A stretch of 64,000 bases of DNA. Source: Octopus sinensis (taxonomy: Eukaryota). The DNA lies in contig NC_043005.1 of NCBI RefSeq assembly GCF_006345805.1, positions 91,574,001 through 91,638,000 on the forward strand, read 5' to 3'. A program made the translations under genes and the position numbers. This document shows, piece after piece, positions 1-12,257 of this stretch; position 1 is the first letter of the stretch, and the number at the start of each line of letters is the position of its first letter. The notes below the pieces were generated by a model. It did no database searches. It worked only from the letters and a program-made list of their open reading frames with translations, and was not told the origin of the DNA.

Positions 1-769
1 TTTTTTGAGGTTAAAAAAACAAAAAGGGCTCTCATATTCTACTGTTTAGAATTAAGCAAGTAATTTCATTGTTTAGTGGATTATTTTTATTTTATTTTAT
101 CACTTAGAGGAATTGCCATTTATTATAATTTATCAATTAACTCTTTCAAGCCTGAATTATTTCTTTATTCAGAAAAAAAAAGGAAAAAAGCTTTTATGGT
201 TTAACGTAGCTCGTGTAGTGAATTGATCCTAACAAAGTAACATAACCACAAGCAAAATCGTACATTGAGGTCAGAATTTTGTAAAATTACCATTTCAAGA
301 GTAACTTTAATAACTTTTTACATGATATACCAAACTGCAAGTGATGTGGAATATGACTTCTTAGAAATCTTTATTACAGATGGCGCTGTTCAACATGTCT
401 TCAACATTCAGTATTATTCTGATCATAAACCTGATGAAGATGAGGAATATGACAGCTTCGTGTTTCTGCCATACACATTATTTTCCAGTTGTCTGATTTA
501 AACTCACTGTCGCATCAGGTACTTAAACGTTCATAAGTGATATTATAGATCTGAATGGGTTAAAAATTTTCATTTTTTCAGGATAATAAAATTAAATGAA
601 TTGTCGACTGTCCGCCGAGACTGAAAAAATGTTTTCTTTTATTTCAAAAACTGAGTTAATAAGATTATGAGACAAACCGACAAACTGACAATATATGGAA
701 AGCAACAAGCAATGGTAATTCTTTTTGAACCGAAATCGAGAAATCGACAGAAAACAAGTGATGCTAATT

Positions 770-1170
770 TTTTTGCCCCATATAACATTGCTGACATTGT
801 TATATGGTGCAGAGACGTGGGGGCTGAGAGAAGCGGAAAGGAGGCGACCAGAAGTGGTAGACAGACCTCGGTTTGCGTGGATGGATGGAGTGAGGAAAGC
901 TTTGGTGGTTAGGTGTTGGAGTGTGAGAGCAAGAGAGTTTATAAATGATAGGAAAGCTTGGAGAGTGTTTGGAGATGGATGATTGAATTTGATGTTGCTC
1001 AATGGGATACAGAACCAGCACAAGCTGTCGGGCCCCATTGCTGATATTGGGGGTTGCGTTCAATGCCTTGACCCGAGCATAGAACGGGACTCGCCTTTTT
1101 GAGCTGGGAAATGACTGGAATGCCTAGTGTATATCTTGTTGCAGCTACCTCTTCATAAAAAAAAGGGGAA
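770..1170 (+). mobile_element. RTE-clade LINE fragment (RT C-terminus, internally deleted) with 3' tail
   Basis: Translation TLLYGAETWGLREAERRR...DRPRFAWMDGVRKAL...DRKAWR matches the RTE ORF C-terminal pattern LLYGxETW...GRPRxxWxDxV...DRxxWR. Confidence 0.7.
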
Positions 1171-1721
1171 TAGGCCTGGGTACATAGATATAAATCTTTG
1201 TTTTGAGAGAAGGCAAACAAAGGCTCTGTGACAATAGCAACCGGCTTTCAAGAATCAAGAAATTATCCGGAATTGACATGCCATTAAGAGGATAGGTTTG
1301 GACTCACGTTTCTGTGTGAAACTCTGTCATTAGTAGAGGAATTGTTCTATCACAACTCCAATAGACACACGTTGCCAATTATGTTGAACCATACTCTTTA
1401 AAAAAGTTGAAGAACATAAAGGAAAGTTATGTAGAGCTCTCGGCTTGTTAGCTCCAATTTATGACATAGCAACATAAGAACTCTGGGCAATAAGCATGTC
1501 TAAAGCTCTAACGAATACCACAAGTTTTCCTCCGCACAAATCTACTTTTATTGAAAAGACAATGAAAATAGGCTGTAGCTCTAGAATACTCCATTCAACT
1601 TTATATTATTTGTAAACATCGATGTTTTAACTTTTAGCTGTTTAGTGAATCATAATTTAGTAAGTTAAGAGGGAATAAATTATAGTTCTTCATACTTGAG
1701 TAAGTCGAAATGAAATGTGGT

Positions 1722-2175
1722 CAGAGCCAGATGTTTTCCCGTATTCTAGACATACTACCACTAAACGACAAGAAGGTTGTTTTACTTTTCTTGAGAACCA
1801 TTTCTGAGAATTTGAACAATGGATGGTAACCTCAACTTACAAAACGTTTAGCATTTGTACAGGCGGACACGAGCAGTTAGCAGCAACAAAAACAACAGAT
1901 CTTAAATAAAACTACAACATAAAAAAAAGTCAAACAAAACATTTAACTAAACGGATATGCTTGAACCGGTTTCTATCTCTCTGGTGTTTGTTACAATGAC
2001 GTCAACGAAATAGCTAATAGATGAGTAAGCAGGTGTAAAACATGAAATATGCATATGAAAGAGATGATGTGTGATAAACAGAGTTTTAGAAGCAAAGTGG
2101 TTTTCTCAATAGAGTAAAGCAACCTTGTCGTTTAGCGACAATGTGTCTAGACAACAGGAAAATAATTTGGTTCTG
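1722..2175. mobile_element. Decayed long-inverted-repeat (MITE/fold-back) element
   Basis: 1744-1800 TCTAGACATACTACCACTAAACGACAAG..GTTGTTTTAC..TTGAGAACCA is the reverse complement of about 2098-2150; similarity extends about 20 bp outward. Confidence 0.5.
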
Positions 2176-2541
2176 TCAGTAATTTATTTTGATTTACTGG
2201 AGCATCAACGGTTATAATATATTCATCTAAACTTAACTAAATCATAGTTAACTCAGCAGTTAAGATTTGAAATATCAATGGTCATAAGTAATATGAAGTT
2301 ATTTATTGGAATATTCTTGGGTTACACCCTCTCTTTATTATGCCGTGAAACTTAATCGGTTCATTTGTGCTGAAGAAAACTAGGCATTCATATGATATTT
2401 ATTTACGTGTCCAGAATTCTTCTGTTGCTATGTCTTTGGAAATATAAATTGTAACTTGAAAGACTCGGTTATGATGATCTAATATGACCAAAGAGTGGAA
2501 ATCTTTTAGGATTTGTGTTTTATATTTTATGGTCTTTGATT

Positions 2542-2741
2542 TAGGTACAAGGCCTGGAATTTTGGGGAGGGTTAGTCGGTACCATCCACCCAAGTGCTTG
2601 ACAGATACTTTATGTTATCAGTTCCAGAGAGGTGAAAGGCAAAGTTGACCTCAGTGGGATTTGAACTCAGAATGTACAGACTCGGAACAAAAACTGCAAA
2701 GCATTTTTATCGACGCTCTAACTATTCGAACAGCTTGCTCT
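2542..2741 (-). mobile_element. tRNA-derived SINE family A, tail variant 2, decayed
   Basis: Reverse complement of head, core (GTCAACTTTGCCTTTCA) and tail CCCCAAAATTCCAGGCCTTGTACC. Confidence 0.75.
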
Positions 2742-2824
2742 TATGTTTATAGTGGGGAAAAAAACCCAACAAAACATCTAAATAGTTTTGCATAAGTTTC
2801 CTAATATTTCTCTCTCTCTTCCAT

Positions 2825-2960
2825 AGACACAAGACTTGAAATTTTGTGGGGCGGGGATAGTGGATTACATCAACTCTAGTTCTCAAAAGGTACTTATTTT
2901 ATTGACCCCGAAAGGATGAAGAGCAAAGTCGACTTTGGTAGAATTTGAACTCAGAGTGTA
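2825..2960 (-). mobile_element. SINE family A, headless, tail variant 2
   Basis: TTGACCCCGAAAGGATGAA..GCAAAGTCGAC..GAATTTGAACTCAG core. Confidence 0.75.
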
Positions 2961-3949
2961 AATAGTCGCAAATATTAATATCGATACTTCATATATTTTT
3001 CGAAGACTAATGCTAAAACTATATCTAAACTGGCAAGGATGTGGCATTGTAAATGGTGTGTGGTAAACAAGAAAAGGGAAATGACAAACAGGCTTCAGAG
3101 AATACAGCGCTCCGAGATTTGCTTCATTACTACACCATGTTGCTTTAGCATTAGTTGTGTGAATGGCATTTGGAATGCTGAACATGGTTCTTCATGGGGG
3201 GGGGGGCCCTGAATTCAAGACACGACGACCAGGTTAGTTGATTTATATCAGTTTACTTTCACAGGGTTTTCCCTTCTTCCTCCACCATTCCCCAGAAGCG
3301 CGCGTGCACACACACATTCACTCCTTAATGGTTCAGAGCAATTCAAAACAATCAACAATGTAGTGGAAGCAATCAACCAGATTCGGTTTCTTTAGAAAAA
3401 AAAAAGAAAGAAAAAAAGTTAAAGCAATTAGGAATACAACTTTCTCGTTTTCAAATCAGATCTAATTTTAGAAGCTGTTTATAAACAAAAATAAAGAAAG
3501 AAACGGGAAACCTTTACTTTCTGCTTATTTTCCCACAGCTTCTTTTAACAAGATTTTGAAATATCTTTATAGGATGTTGAGATTTTCTTAATGTGAGAAA
3601 ATTGATTTTATTTATCGTACTTGTTTGACATAAATAAATATTGACTGCTCCAGGTAGTATCACACCTGTTCAAGACTGAAGCAATATTTTCTTGCACTGA
3701 ACATGAAATTTAGACTAAGAGAAATGTAATTTATGGTTAAATGGGTTCTATACTACTTAATATAGGGAGCAAAAAAGCAATTTTCAATCAATTGAAATTA
3801 TATCCGGAATGAAACGAAAAACAATTATCATAAAAAAGTCTTGTTAAGAAAAGGAAGGGAAATAAAGAATATGTTTACAGAATCTGCCTTTTTGTATTGT
3901 GAAGTCTCTTTCACAACACGAATTATTCTTACTGTTTAATTAATACAAG

Positions 3950-4150
3950 GTAAGCTCTGACTAAGCAAACCGATGATCAAAGTTTATTCCAGTTGTAACC
4001 GCTTGTATTTCAGGTAGTGTTTCGAGCTAGTCTTGTGTAACTCAGTGTGTCTTTTCCTTTTTTTTTTTTTTGTAAAATGTTAGGGTGTGATTTAAGCGAG
4101 ATTTACCGGCTGTTACTAGAATGCCGATCGATCCCATAGAGGCTTATTTG
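3950..4150 (+). repeat. Interspersed repeat family D (representative copy)
   Basis: Motif GTGTGATTT(G/A)A..GAGATTT..CTG(C/T)TA(T/C)T..TAG recurs near 34065, 51845, 53293 (+) and 54615, 59540 (-). Confidence 0.5.
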
Positions 4151-4297
4151 TTGGAGATAATGTTGAGGAATTCGAAGTCACTGTTCATGGAGATTGTGTA
4201 TGGCTGAATAGAAGTGTCAAAATTGCAAGTAGGTGATATTTATGTACTGAAGTTGAATGAGGAATGTGGTATGGTGATATTATTATTACTATTATGC

Positions 4298-4398
4298 AAG
4301 GTGGTAATCTGCCAAAATCGTTAGGATGCTGGACAAAATGCGAGCTGGTATAGGCGGTGAGCTGCCAGAATCATTAGCATGCCAGGCGAAATGCGTAG
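4298..4398 (+). mobile_element. Two tandem SINE A heads, truncated
   Basis: AGGCGGTGAGCTGCCAGAATCATTAGCATGCCAGGCGAAATGCGTAG preceded by a more decayed copy of the same head. Confidence 0.6.
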
Positions 4399-5301
4399 AA
4401 AATAAAACTCAGCCCAGAAAATAAAATGTAGTTTCCACATGACCCAGTTTAGTCGTAGGACAAGTATAAACAGGAGAATTACATAACCAAACATTATCTT
4501 TACTCAGTATTTGTCAGAGTTTACCTCCCCATTCTCTCTCCCCTCGCTCGGCAACTTTCAGAGAGCAAACCTCTCTCTACTTTTCATCTTGCCATCAATG
4601 GTGAGCCCTAGTTCATTATCATTTTCTCCCCACACAACTTAATAGAAAGCCTTCTATAAAAACAATGACGAGGGATTATCAAAGAGACTAATTGTTTTTA
4701 TTTTTATTCCAACTCGTCGCAGTTGTGATAAACTTCATAACGGTTTAAAAGTTAGAAGTATGAACCGTTCCTTCTTTTAATTTATTTCCAGGTATCCTGA
4801 CATTATCAACTAGGGAACTTTTCGTAGCATTATCCAAATTACCAAATATACCAGTCTATGACAACCTGACTGTTGCAGGTGCAACTACGAAAGGAAACTG
4901 AGTTTCGGACAGTTTACCAATTCTTTATTGCGATTTACTGCAATAATAAAGGAGGGCTACCATAATGCTGCCTCTAGTTCGTTGGAAATGAGTCTGACAT
5001 ATCCACTGTTTGCTTTAGTTTTTCTTCTCGTGAGTTTTTGTCCCCCTCTTTTTATTTCCTCTTCAATTCTCTCACATATAAGCTCACAGACCTGAATATT
5101 TAAACTGTGCTGGTGTAGTTCCAACGTACCAGGTTGTTAGCCAGGGTTGCCAGGGCGATTTCCTTTGAAAATGTCAAACGTCTTTGAAGAATATGCAAAA
5201 CTGTCCCATCCCCTCCACCTTACAAGATTTCTTACACCAGTACGAGGTCTTCCTGGAGTTATATATTGAGAATGAATATTTTGTTGCTTCCCCATTGAAA
5301 C

Positions 5302-5714
5302 AAAGACGGCCAGCTGGCAGAAACGTTAGCATGGCAGGCGACATGCTTAGCAACATTGCGTCTGGCTTTACGTTCTGAATTCAAATTCCAACAAAGTCGG
5401 GCTTTCATCCTTTTGGGGGTCGATAAATTAAGTACCAGTTGCGTACTGGGGTTGATCTAGTTGAGTGAACCCTTCCCCCAAAACTTCAGGCCTTGTATCT
5501 AAAGCAGAAACAATTATCACCGTTGAAACAAGGCGGCGAGCTGGCAGAATCGTTTGCACGCTGGACGAAATGCTTATCGGCATTTCATCTGCCTGTACGT
5601 CCTGAGTTCAAATTCTGCTGAGTCGACTTTGCCGTTCATCCTTTCATGGTCGATAAATTAAGTACCAGTCCCCCAAAATTCCAGGCCTTGTGCCTATAGT
5701 AGAAAGGATTATTA
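5302..5714 (+). mobile_element. Two tandem full-length SINE A copies (tail 2)
   Basis: Heads at 5302 and 5531 (AAGGCGGCGAGCTGGCAGAA), B-box-like GAGTTCAAATTC, core GTCGATAAATTAAGTACCAG, tail CAGGCCTTGTG. Confidence 0.85.
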
Positions 5715-6444
5715 CCGTTGAAACAAAGAATACGTCGCCGCCGTCGACAACGAGGACGCTACCACTGCTGACATTGTCAACACTGATGACACCATCACCA
5801 CCTCTGATAACATTGTTGAGGCGACGACGGTACCGCTGACAATGATAATGACTAGACTCTCAGGAAATTAGTAATGGACTGCATGGACAAGAAAGTTAAA
5901 AATATGAAATTTGCAAAACAAAATGTGTGACTTAAGAAAGAATTTGTTTCATGCAAAATATTTGGTCAGAGATTTGAGAATAACGATCCTCCAACACTCG
6001 CCATTACTTTGGAGAAAAGCCCTGCTCGAAACGCCAGAACTCATTTTTTCATATCTTATTTTACAAACTTTATTAAAGACAAAGTTTGGCAAAACAGAAA
6101 AAAAAAGATCAATGCTTATCTGAGTTTGAAAATTGCAAACTGCTATAATTAAGTCAGGCCTGATAATTCTAAAGCATTCTTACCGACCTGTAAAAACAAT
6201 CCGATGTCTAGACTGTCAAGATGACCGTGATTAGAAAGTGATTTACAACCATAAAAACAGATATTGCAACTTGATCGGCAGACTAAATACTTTTCACAGT
6301 TCTATTCTGATTTTGGATTACAAATAAAAATATTTCTTGCACTTTTTTAAATAAACATCTATGATCTAAAATTTATATAAATATTTGGTAAATGCTAATG
6401 CATGGAACTTTTGGGGATCTATTTCCATCTCAATCACAGATTTT

Positions 6445-6945
6445 TTAATTAATTTTTTTAACTAAACAGTTTGAAACTTTGAATACTGATGGAATTTCTC
6501 ACGTAGAACACGGTTTACTCTGAACGTTTTTGACAACATTTCGTATTTTAGAAGTTATTTCGTGTTAAAGTTGTCGTATTTGGGTAATTTCAACCAATCA
6601 ACAATGTGTATTTGGTTGAAGAAAGTTACTACTGTTTGTGATAATAATTGAAGAGGAACAACTTCTGGGTCATCTCTAATAAATGTCACCACTCTGTTCT
6701 ATTCGTATGGCAATTGAACCATCTTTATCCTTTCTTCCTTTCTAGTCAGCACCGTGCATTCCTTACTCTTTCCTTCCCTTCTACACTATCAACTAGCAAC
6801 CAGCGAGCGAACTTGTTACTGCCACCATAATTGCAATATTTTCCGGTGTATAAGCCACTATTTGTTTTGTTTTACCTTCATGTTTTGATAGTGTTAATTT
6901 TTATCTAATAAAGACTTTTATATTGACGAAATGTGTTTGTTGCTG

Positions 6946-7034
<89 letters not shown>

Positions 7035-7372
7035 TATATATATGTATATATAAGATAAAATCATGACAATAACAGTACGCCCCATAGTTGTAAAATAAAG
7101 CATTTTAAAACTACATATACATCAACAACCAAAAAGTTAGCTGAGGACCTGTTGCACTATGGTGTTGATTCTTCGAACAGAGTGGTGACATTTAGTAGAG
7201 ATGACCCAGAAGTTGTTCCTCTTTGATTACTATCGCAAACAGTAGTAACTTTCTTCAACAGAATACACTTTAACACGAAATAAAAACGTCCAAAGTAAAC
7301 AGTGTTCTACGTGATAAATTCCACCAGTATTCCAAGTTTCAAACTGTTTAGATAAAAAAAAAAATTAATTAA
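6445..7372. mobile_element. Fold-back / long-TIR non-autonomous element with central (TA)n
   Basis: 6445-6699 and 7166-7372 are reverse complements (e.g. GAAGAAAGTTACTACTGTTTG..GAGGAACAACTTCTGGGTCATCTCTA..AAATGTCACCACTCTGTTC); (TA)n at about 6947-7050. Confidence 0.75.
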
Positions 7373-7457
7373 CAAATTAGTGATTGAGATGGAGTACATC
7401 CACTTTCGGTGCTTGAGTCAATCTGTTACTTCTGCTAAATATTGATTTCAAAGTTTG

Positions 7458-7625
7458 ACACAAGGTCAGCAATTTTGAGGGAGGAGATAAGTCAATTACA
7501 TTGATGCCAGCACTTAACTGGTACTTTGTATTATCGGGCCAGAAAGGGATGAAAGGCAAAGATGACCTCAACGGAATTTGAACTTAGAACGTAAAGACAG
7601 ATGAAATGGCGCTAAGCATTTTACC
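7458..7625 (-). mobile_element. SINE A, partial
   Basis: GAAAGGGATGAAAGGCAAAGATGACCTCAACGGAATTTGAACTTAGAACGTAAAGAC. Confidence 0.75.
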
Positions 7626-8684
7626 TGGAGCAGAAAAGTATCTATTAGCTTGCTGCCTTACTTCTGCCAAATATCAATTATATATATATATGAATATCTA
7701 TAAAGCTGAAATGTTTGCCTTTGTAAACTAGTGTATAATTTATATACTATTTCTACACACTTCAATCTTGATGATTCAATTTCATTTTGGAAGTGGCACG
7801 AGTACTTGATATTGATAAACCACAAAAAAATAACGAAATACGTATGTGTCATTCCTGTGGTCATTTCTGGGCAATTTCATTTCGCCTAACTCTAAAGTAT
7901 ATTGTTTCTCTTTCTAACACAGTATGCTTATAAAGCACACACACACACACACGCGCATATATAGACACATAGTTTTAGTGACTGGACACTGACAGGCGTG
8001 ATACTGTGAATGGTTAGAGAGAAAAAATGTAGGGATGCCTGCTGCATGAATCACAAATGGTAAAGTTGATGCCAGTATACTTAATACATTGATCCAAGAA
8101 ATTTTACCTTTTACCTTGAAGGAAAAAGAAGAAAACAGATGGAAATCAAAGATTGCAAAGTTGTTTCATGCATTAGGCATAACACAGAAGAAATTCTATT
8201 TAAAAAAATTCTTTCATACCAAAATAATAAGTTAAAATTGCATTCGTAGTAAAGAGAAAAATCATTAGCTAAATAACTAATTCTAGTCAAGAGATACAGG
8301 GGAGATAATTTCAAAATGTCTTCTATATTTTTTTTTTGTCGGAATTAGTAATGAAGCTAATCTACTGTACTTTGGGAAGACAATATTCTGAGGCTGATTC
8401 AATTTAATAATTTTCAATTGTTTATTATGTTTATCAAATGTTTTATCATGTTTCATTCTTTGTTTCACAATTTTAAATTTAATTTCAGTTAAATGTTCAG
8501 TTTATTCTTTTAGATTTCTTCAAATCGTTGAATTAATGAAGCAGAAAATGTTAGTGCCATAACAGATTTCCTCATTACCTGAAAGATTGTGTTATGGTCT
8601 ATTTTCTTAGTTTTCCTTATTTAATTCAGAGAACAAAAAAAAGCAATCAATCATTCTCTCTCTCCCTCTCTCTCTATGTGCTCA

Positions 8685-8686
<2 letters not shown>

Positions 8687-8746
<60 letters not shown>

Positions 8747-8871
8747 AATAAAATAGAACATATGCATATATATAAACATATATGTACGTACCTACCTCTA
8801 CATGTACATATACACGCATATATGTGTACAGGACACCAAAAAGACGTCGAACACATAGAGATACGAAAAAC

Positions 8872-8910
<39 letters not shown>

Positions 8911-9033
8911 GTATATGTATGTATGTATATGTATGTATGTATATGTATGTATGTATATGTATGTATGTATATGTATGTATGTATATGTATGTATATATAT
9001 GTATGTATGTATATGTATGTATGTATATGTATG

Positions 9034-9064
<31 letters not shown>

Positions 9065-9079
9065 GCATATATATGTATG

Positions 9080-9126
<47 letters not shown>

Positions 9127-9127
9127 G

Positions 9128-9160
<33 letters not shown>

Positions 9161-9382
9161 GTATGTATGTATGCATATATATGTATGTATGTATATGTAT
9201 GTATGTATATGTATGTATGTATGCATACATACATGTATGTATGTGTGTGTAAGTATGTATGTGTGTGTGTATGTATATGTGTGTGTGTGTATGTGTGTGT
9301 GTGTATGTATGTATGAATGTATGTATGCATGTATGTATGTATGTATGTATGTATGTATGTGTATGTATGTATGTATGCATGT
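8687..9382. repeat. Compound (TA)n/(TATG)n/(TG)n microsatellite
   Basis: Direct reading; source of the spurious HTYI/CMYV ORFs. Confidence 0.97.
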
Positions 9383-10318
9383 ATTACAGAATAGAAAAAT
9401 TACAGCAATCTTCTAATTCCTGTTTTTATTTATTTGTATTTTTTGCGCAACTTGTTTGGATCTTAGATACTAAGTGACTGCATTTCAATATGCCTACAAC
9501 ACGTTTAACACCTTGCTACTACTTTCCTCGTGTATATCGATTTTTCTTATCACTTTCCTACCAACCCATATTTCGCTTGCTGCTCGCTTGCATTTCCCTA
9601 CACTTTTTTTACAGGTAATTATTCTTTAAAAGCAACCAATCCTTTCTTTCTTTATTATTATCTTCTTCTTTTTAACTTGTGTCTTTAAGGAATATGGAAG
9701 GCAGATACATGTTTTCATAACTAATTTTGCAATGTTCTTTCATGTTTTTGAGATATCCATTGATAATGTATTTTCTTCCATTATTTCTCCTGAAAAGAAT
9801 TCTTTTAAATAGAATTTCTTCTGTGTTATGCCTAATGTCTTAAACAACTTTGCAATCTTTGATTTCTATCTTTTTTTCTTCAGGATAAAAGATATGCCTT
9901 CTCTCTTGTAGATTGTGAGCATTTCTCACCTATTCTTAACTATTTCTAGATTTGTATTATTCAACTCAATTAAATCTTCCTGTATTGTATTACTCACATC
10001 AAGGTTTAATCTAAATATTTTAATAATTCCTTTAAAGTAGCTTTTTTAAAAATTATAATCGTCTATTCTATTTTTAGTTTCTCATTCTCTAAAATATCAA
10101 AATGATTTAGCCTTTCACCTTTTTTTTGTAAGAATTTCTACTTCTTTACTTCATACAAGTAATCATGTTTTTCTACATATCTGCTGACAAGCCTAATCTT
10201 TTTTTTATAAATAATTTTATAGCCATGAACTCCTTGGGCTTTTGTTTAATAGTTCAGATGTAATAGACGAAGTCTGAATTTCTCTAGTTCATCTTATAAA
10301 TGCCATTAGCTATAAGAA

Positions 10319-10697
10319 TCTCTCTCTATATAAACGGCAGTTTGTCTGTGCGTTTTCTGTGTGTCTGTTTGCTTGTACCCTCACCCTGACCACGGCTTTC
10401 AACCGATTCTGATGAAACTTGACACACACATAGCCCAATGTCATAATTCAAAACTAACGCAGCGAAAATTTTGAAAAGTTCCCCCAGTTCTGAAAAAAAT
10501 CGATAAATTCGACATGGAGTCGAGAATCAGAAACACAAACCGCAAACTGTCTAGGGGACGCAACTCCACCTTTTTTAACTAAAAAAAAACTTACCATCAT
10601 TTTTTTCCATTTTTTTGCTATTTTTTGGCTATAACTCTAAAAATGCTTTATAGTTATTTCCCTTACAAACCTGAGCAACGCCGGGCGATACTGCTAG
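10319..10697 (+). mobile_element. Non-autonomous Helitron-type element
   Basis: 5' TC terminus (TCTCTCTCTATATAAA), 3' GC hairpin GAGCAACGCCGGGC followed by CTAG, inserted between A and T with no TSD; near-identical inverted copy at 18480-18849. Confidence 0.85.
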
Positions 10698-11319
10698 TAC
10701 ACTCTAAAATGATTACAACAAAAATTGTCATAGAAAATTTAAAGGTTCATAAACACAACAACAAAATTTCTGTTGTATATAAGTGTTCCATAATTTTCTA
10801 AATAGTTGTAGGAAAAATTATCTCAACATATCTCATTAGGTAAAAAAAAAAAAAGTACCTCCACCCAAGTAATTCTGCAACATACGGTTTGCGAGTGCAT
10901 ATTAAAGAATTCAAACTTGGAAAATTCTAGATACTAATTTGCAACATCAAAGCACAAATGTGCTTGAGAAAACGTAGATTGGTAAGTCATTGGAAGGATT
11001 ATGTAGTAAAATGTGAGAACGAACAGAGACGTTTTCAAGTTTTCATGTCAGAGAGATCATGTTGTGGTGCACCCGAGCATTGTATACAATAATTTCATTA
11101 TTATTATCATCTGTGTTGTGAAGTTAAATAAATGCAACAGATAAATGGACAACTTACAAAAAAAAGTCAGTTAAACGGATTCACATTTACTGGTGAAAAT
11201 TCTATTGAAGCTTGGCTGAGATAGAAGTTAACTGCCTCAAATGCGAGCAAAATAACATCTGACACATAATTGCTGGTAGATTAAATAACAGAAGAGATAC
11301 AAAATTGCCTACATAGAAC

Positions 11320-12257
11320 TGTTTTTTATTACCCACAAGGAGCGAACAAAGAGGGGACAATACAACCTGATTTGGGGCCAGATTAACGAATGATTTTACA
11401 CAGAGAATGAAATTAAAAATTTACATTTAATTACAAAATACAATAAAATCGGAAAAATCGAATGATGGGACAGACCGGAAGACATTACGGATGGAGTGAG
11501 GGGGGGGGGTTAATTCGGACCCCACGAGCCCCGCCTCGCCACTGATACCTGGGTTTCGTCCTGTTTTGCATTCATGCGATTCCATCCACACGCAACATCC
11601 GTGCTACACTCTTCCATCGATTTTCAAACACTTTCTCAGTCAGGTATTTTCTCTCCAGCCCTATTTTCCTTTTCAGGTAGAAGATGAAGTAATTCATCAA
11701 TCCAGGGCCAGAGATGAAATTGCCTGACTCTATACCTTTCAGCCTCGTTTTCCAAATCACCTCACTCGCGATTGCAACTACATCGAGAACACAATTCTTA
11801 CCTTCTTTCGAGAGGAAATCCGGTAAGTCAATTTTTACAATAGACTCAGTCGACAGCTGTACTCTTCGTGTACTTGACAACAGTCGACAGCTGTACTCTT
11901 CGTGTACTTGACAACAGTCGACAGCTGTACTCTTCGTGTACTTGACAACAGTCGACAGCTGTACTCTTCGTGTACTTGACAACAGTTGTTCGGCATAAAC
12001 CCACACCTCCAAACATTGAACAATAGCATGCGGGACGGTTTCCCTATCCTGCTCGCATCTTGGACATGTCGGAGGGCCTTGTGAGCTTGTCTCGAACAGG
12101 AAAAGCTCCTCTGTTACACTGCCATGTCAGAGACTTCTGAAAGTTATCCAGGGTCTTCAGTTTCAAATGTACGTCGGACCAGACTGGTCAGCTGATTATC
12201 GTCGAGACCTAGAGCTTCCCCCAAGGTATCGTCACATTCCGCCTCTACCAACCCTCT
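11320..12257 (-). mobile_element. 5'-truncated Tx1/L1-clade LINE (ORF2 C-terminus and 3' UTR)
   Basis: DNFQKSLTWQC.RGAFPVRDKL and CCHC knuckle CPRCEQDRETVPHAIVQC; perfect 19-bp TSD AAAATTGCCTACATAGAAC at 11301-11319 and 12258-12276. Confidence 0.85.
11847..11986. repeat. 34-bp minisatellite, 4 perfect copies, inside the Tx1-like ORF
   Basis: Unit GTCGACAGCTGTACTCTTCGTGTACTTGACAACA starts at 11849, 11883, 11917 and 11951. Confidence 0.95.

Noticed and set aside
265-501. ORF with acceptor-like TTATTACAG and peptide DGAVQHVFNIQYYSDHKPDEDEEYDS
   Set aside because: No recognisable domain and no linked exons inside the window; it could be a terminal exon of a gene upstream, but I cannot support it.
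1300-1342. Minus-strand CTAATGA-N14-GAAAC-GTGA-GTC with the same spacing as the 26.3-kb ribozyme
   Set aside because: Core G5 is missing, no stem I or II forms, and GAAAC is sequestered by an adjacent GTTTC hairpin.
4791-4905. Possible plus-strand terminal exon (GILTLSTRELFVALSKLPNIPVYDNLTVAGATTKGN-stop) after TTTATTTCCAG
   Set aside because: Short, unrecognised, and no compatible upstream exon was identified.
11847-11986. 34-bp palindromic direct repeats resembling a CRISPR array
   Set aside because: Units are contiguous with no spacers, lie inside a LINE ORF in eukaryotic DNA, and no cas genes are present.
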